From: an uncultured bacterium
GTDB lineage: Bacteria > Actinomycetota > Actinomycetes > S36-B12
Assembly: GCA_903940375.1 (NCBI GenBank)
Contig: CAJAKT010000314.1
Coordinates: 1-34,071 of the forward strand
Reading direction: 5' to 3'
Length of the DNA stretch: 34,071 nucleotides
The translations under genes and the position numbers were made by a program. The notes under the pieces were generated by a model. That model was not told the origin of the DNA. It searched no databases and saw nothing but the letters and a program-made list of their open reading frames with translations. Shown here piece after piece: positions 33,181-34,071 of the stretch; the first letter of the stretch is position 1; each line of letters begins with the position of its first letter.

Positions 33181-34071
33181 TCAGCGAGACAGGTAGCCGA
33201 GCACGTCCTGACGGGTGACGACGCCGGTGGGCTTGCCGTCATCGACGACGACGACCGCGTCGGCCGACTGCAGTGCATCGACGGCGGCCTGCACCGACTC
33301 GCCTGCGCCGACCATCGGCAGCGCCGGAGACATGTGCGCATCGACCTTGTCGGCGAGCTCAGCCCGGCCGTTGAACAGATCGTCGAGCAGCTGACGCTCC
33401 AGGACCGAGCCGACGACCTCGGCAGCCATCACCGGCGGCTCGGCTCGAACGACCGGCATCTGCGAGACGCCGTACTCGCGCAGGATGTCGATCGCATCGC
33501 GCACGGTCTCGGTGGGATGGGTGTGCACGAACGACGGCAGGCCATCGGACTTGCCGCGCAGGACATCGCCGACGGTAGCTTCACTGTCCGAACGCAGGAA
33601 GCCGTAGCGGCTGAGCCAATCGTCGTTGAAGACCTTGGACAGGTAGCCACGGCCGCCATCCGGCAGCAGCACGACGATGACGTCGTCCGGCCCCGCGGTC
33701 GCTGCAACCCGCAGTGCCGCCACGACGGCCATGCCGCAGGATCCGCCAACCAGCAGGCCCTCCTCACGTGCCAGCCGACGCGTCATCTCGAACGAGTCCT
33801 TGTCGGAGACCGCGATGACCTCGTCGGGAATGGCCGCGTCGTACGTCGTGGGCCAGAAGTCCTCGCCCACGCCCTCGACCAGGTAGGGCCGCCCCGTGCC
33901 GCCGGAGTAGACCGAGCCCTCGGGATCCGCCGCGATCACCTGCACCCGACCGTCGCTCATCTCCTTGAGGTACCGCCCCGCGCCGGAGATCGTGCCGCCT
34001 GTGCCGGCACCCGCGACGAAGTGCGTGATGCGCCCGTCGGTCTGCTCCCACAGTTCCGGACCCGTCGTCTC
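33181..34071 (-). CDS. cbs: Cystathionine beta-synthase (PLP domain C-terminal part + tandem CBS domains); 5' end lies beyond the right edge
   Basis: The reading frame stays open from 33960 to the window edge (ETTGPELWEQTDGRITHFVAGAGTGGTISGAGRYLKE MSDGRVQV...). It has GSCGMAV and two CBS-pair segments (VRDAIDILREYGVSQMPVV; AVVVVDDGKPTGVVTRQDVL). Confidence 0.9.
   Translation of the reverse strand, partial: ETTGPELWEQTDGRITHFVAGAGTGGTISGAGRYLKEMSDGRVQVIAADPEGSVYSGGTGRPYLVEGVGEDFWPTTYDAAIPDEVIAVSDKDSFEMTRRLAREEGLLVGGSCGMAVVAALRVAATAGPDDVIVVLLPDGGRGYLSKVFNDDWLSRYGFLRSDSEATVGDVLRGKSDGLPSFVHTHPTETVRDAIDILREYGVSQMPVVRAEPPVMAAEVVGSVLERQLLDDLFNGRAELADKVDAHMSPALPMVGAGESVQAAVDALQSADAVVVVDDGKPTGVVTRQDVLGYLSR

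Noticed and set aside
1-34071. Search for tRNA, rRNA, CRISPR arrays, IS elements, integrases and prophage structural genes
   Set aside because: Intergenic spaces are all 140 bp or shorter, and none shows cloverleaf-like or spacer-repeat organisation. No transposase or integrase motifs were seen in any frame I read. This is visual inspection only, so small ncRNAs cannot be excluded.

Overview
This is a very GC-rich, densely coding chromosomal segment from a mycothiol-producing actinobacterium; mca is present. I support 40 protein-coding genes on both strands. Two of them run off the window edges and are missing or truncated in the ORF track: a PAS/GGDEF/EAL gene at 1-1359(-) and cystathionine beta-synthase at 33181-34071(-). 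I found no rRNA, tRNA, CRISPR array, transposase or integrase.

Recognisable housekeeping content:
- SPFH/NfeD pair
- a Mop-type regulator with modABC, then ung
- a PfkB sugar kinase
- HxlR divergent from DoxX and a PPOX-type oxidoreductase
- SURF1, mca, a DUF4307 protein, greA, ilvA
- cystathionine gamma-lyase/synthase, msrA, a VOC protein and cbs

The order mca - DUF4307 - greA - metB-like - cbs matches, from memory, the M. tuberculosis Rv1077-Rv1082 neighbourhood. Three accessory blocks appear inserted into it, and they are the best candidates for uncharacterised biology.
1. An orphan BchI/BchD-like AAA+ and VWA pair sits inside the greA operon (11624-14991).
2. A translationally coupled HExxH (SprT-like) metallohydrolase and DUF2786 pair (16887-18205) lies next to an MFS, Cys-type sulfatase, SulP, DUF1345 sulfur block.
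3. A two-component system is divergent from a five-gene, overlap-chained MacA/MacB-like exporter operon. That operon ends in two uncharacterised extracytoplasmic proteins (25415-32316). Its shared promoter carries seven 11-bp-phased TCACAGG-type heptamers.

Non-coding structure includes a pair of about 29-nt palindromic elements 60 bp apart downstream of greA, a 19-bp-stem hairpin after ung, and operator-like repeats before the mod and HxlR/DoxX genes. All family calls come from reading motifs by eye. No database search was run.
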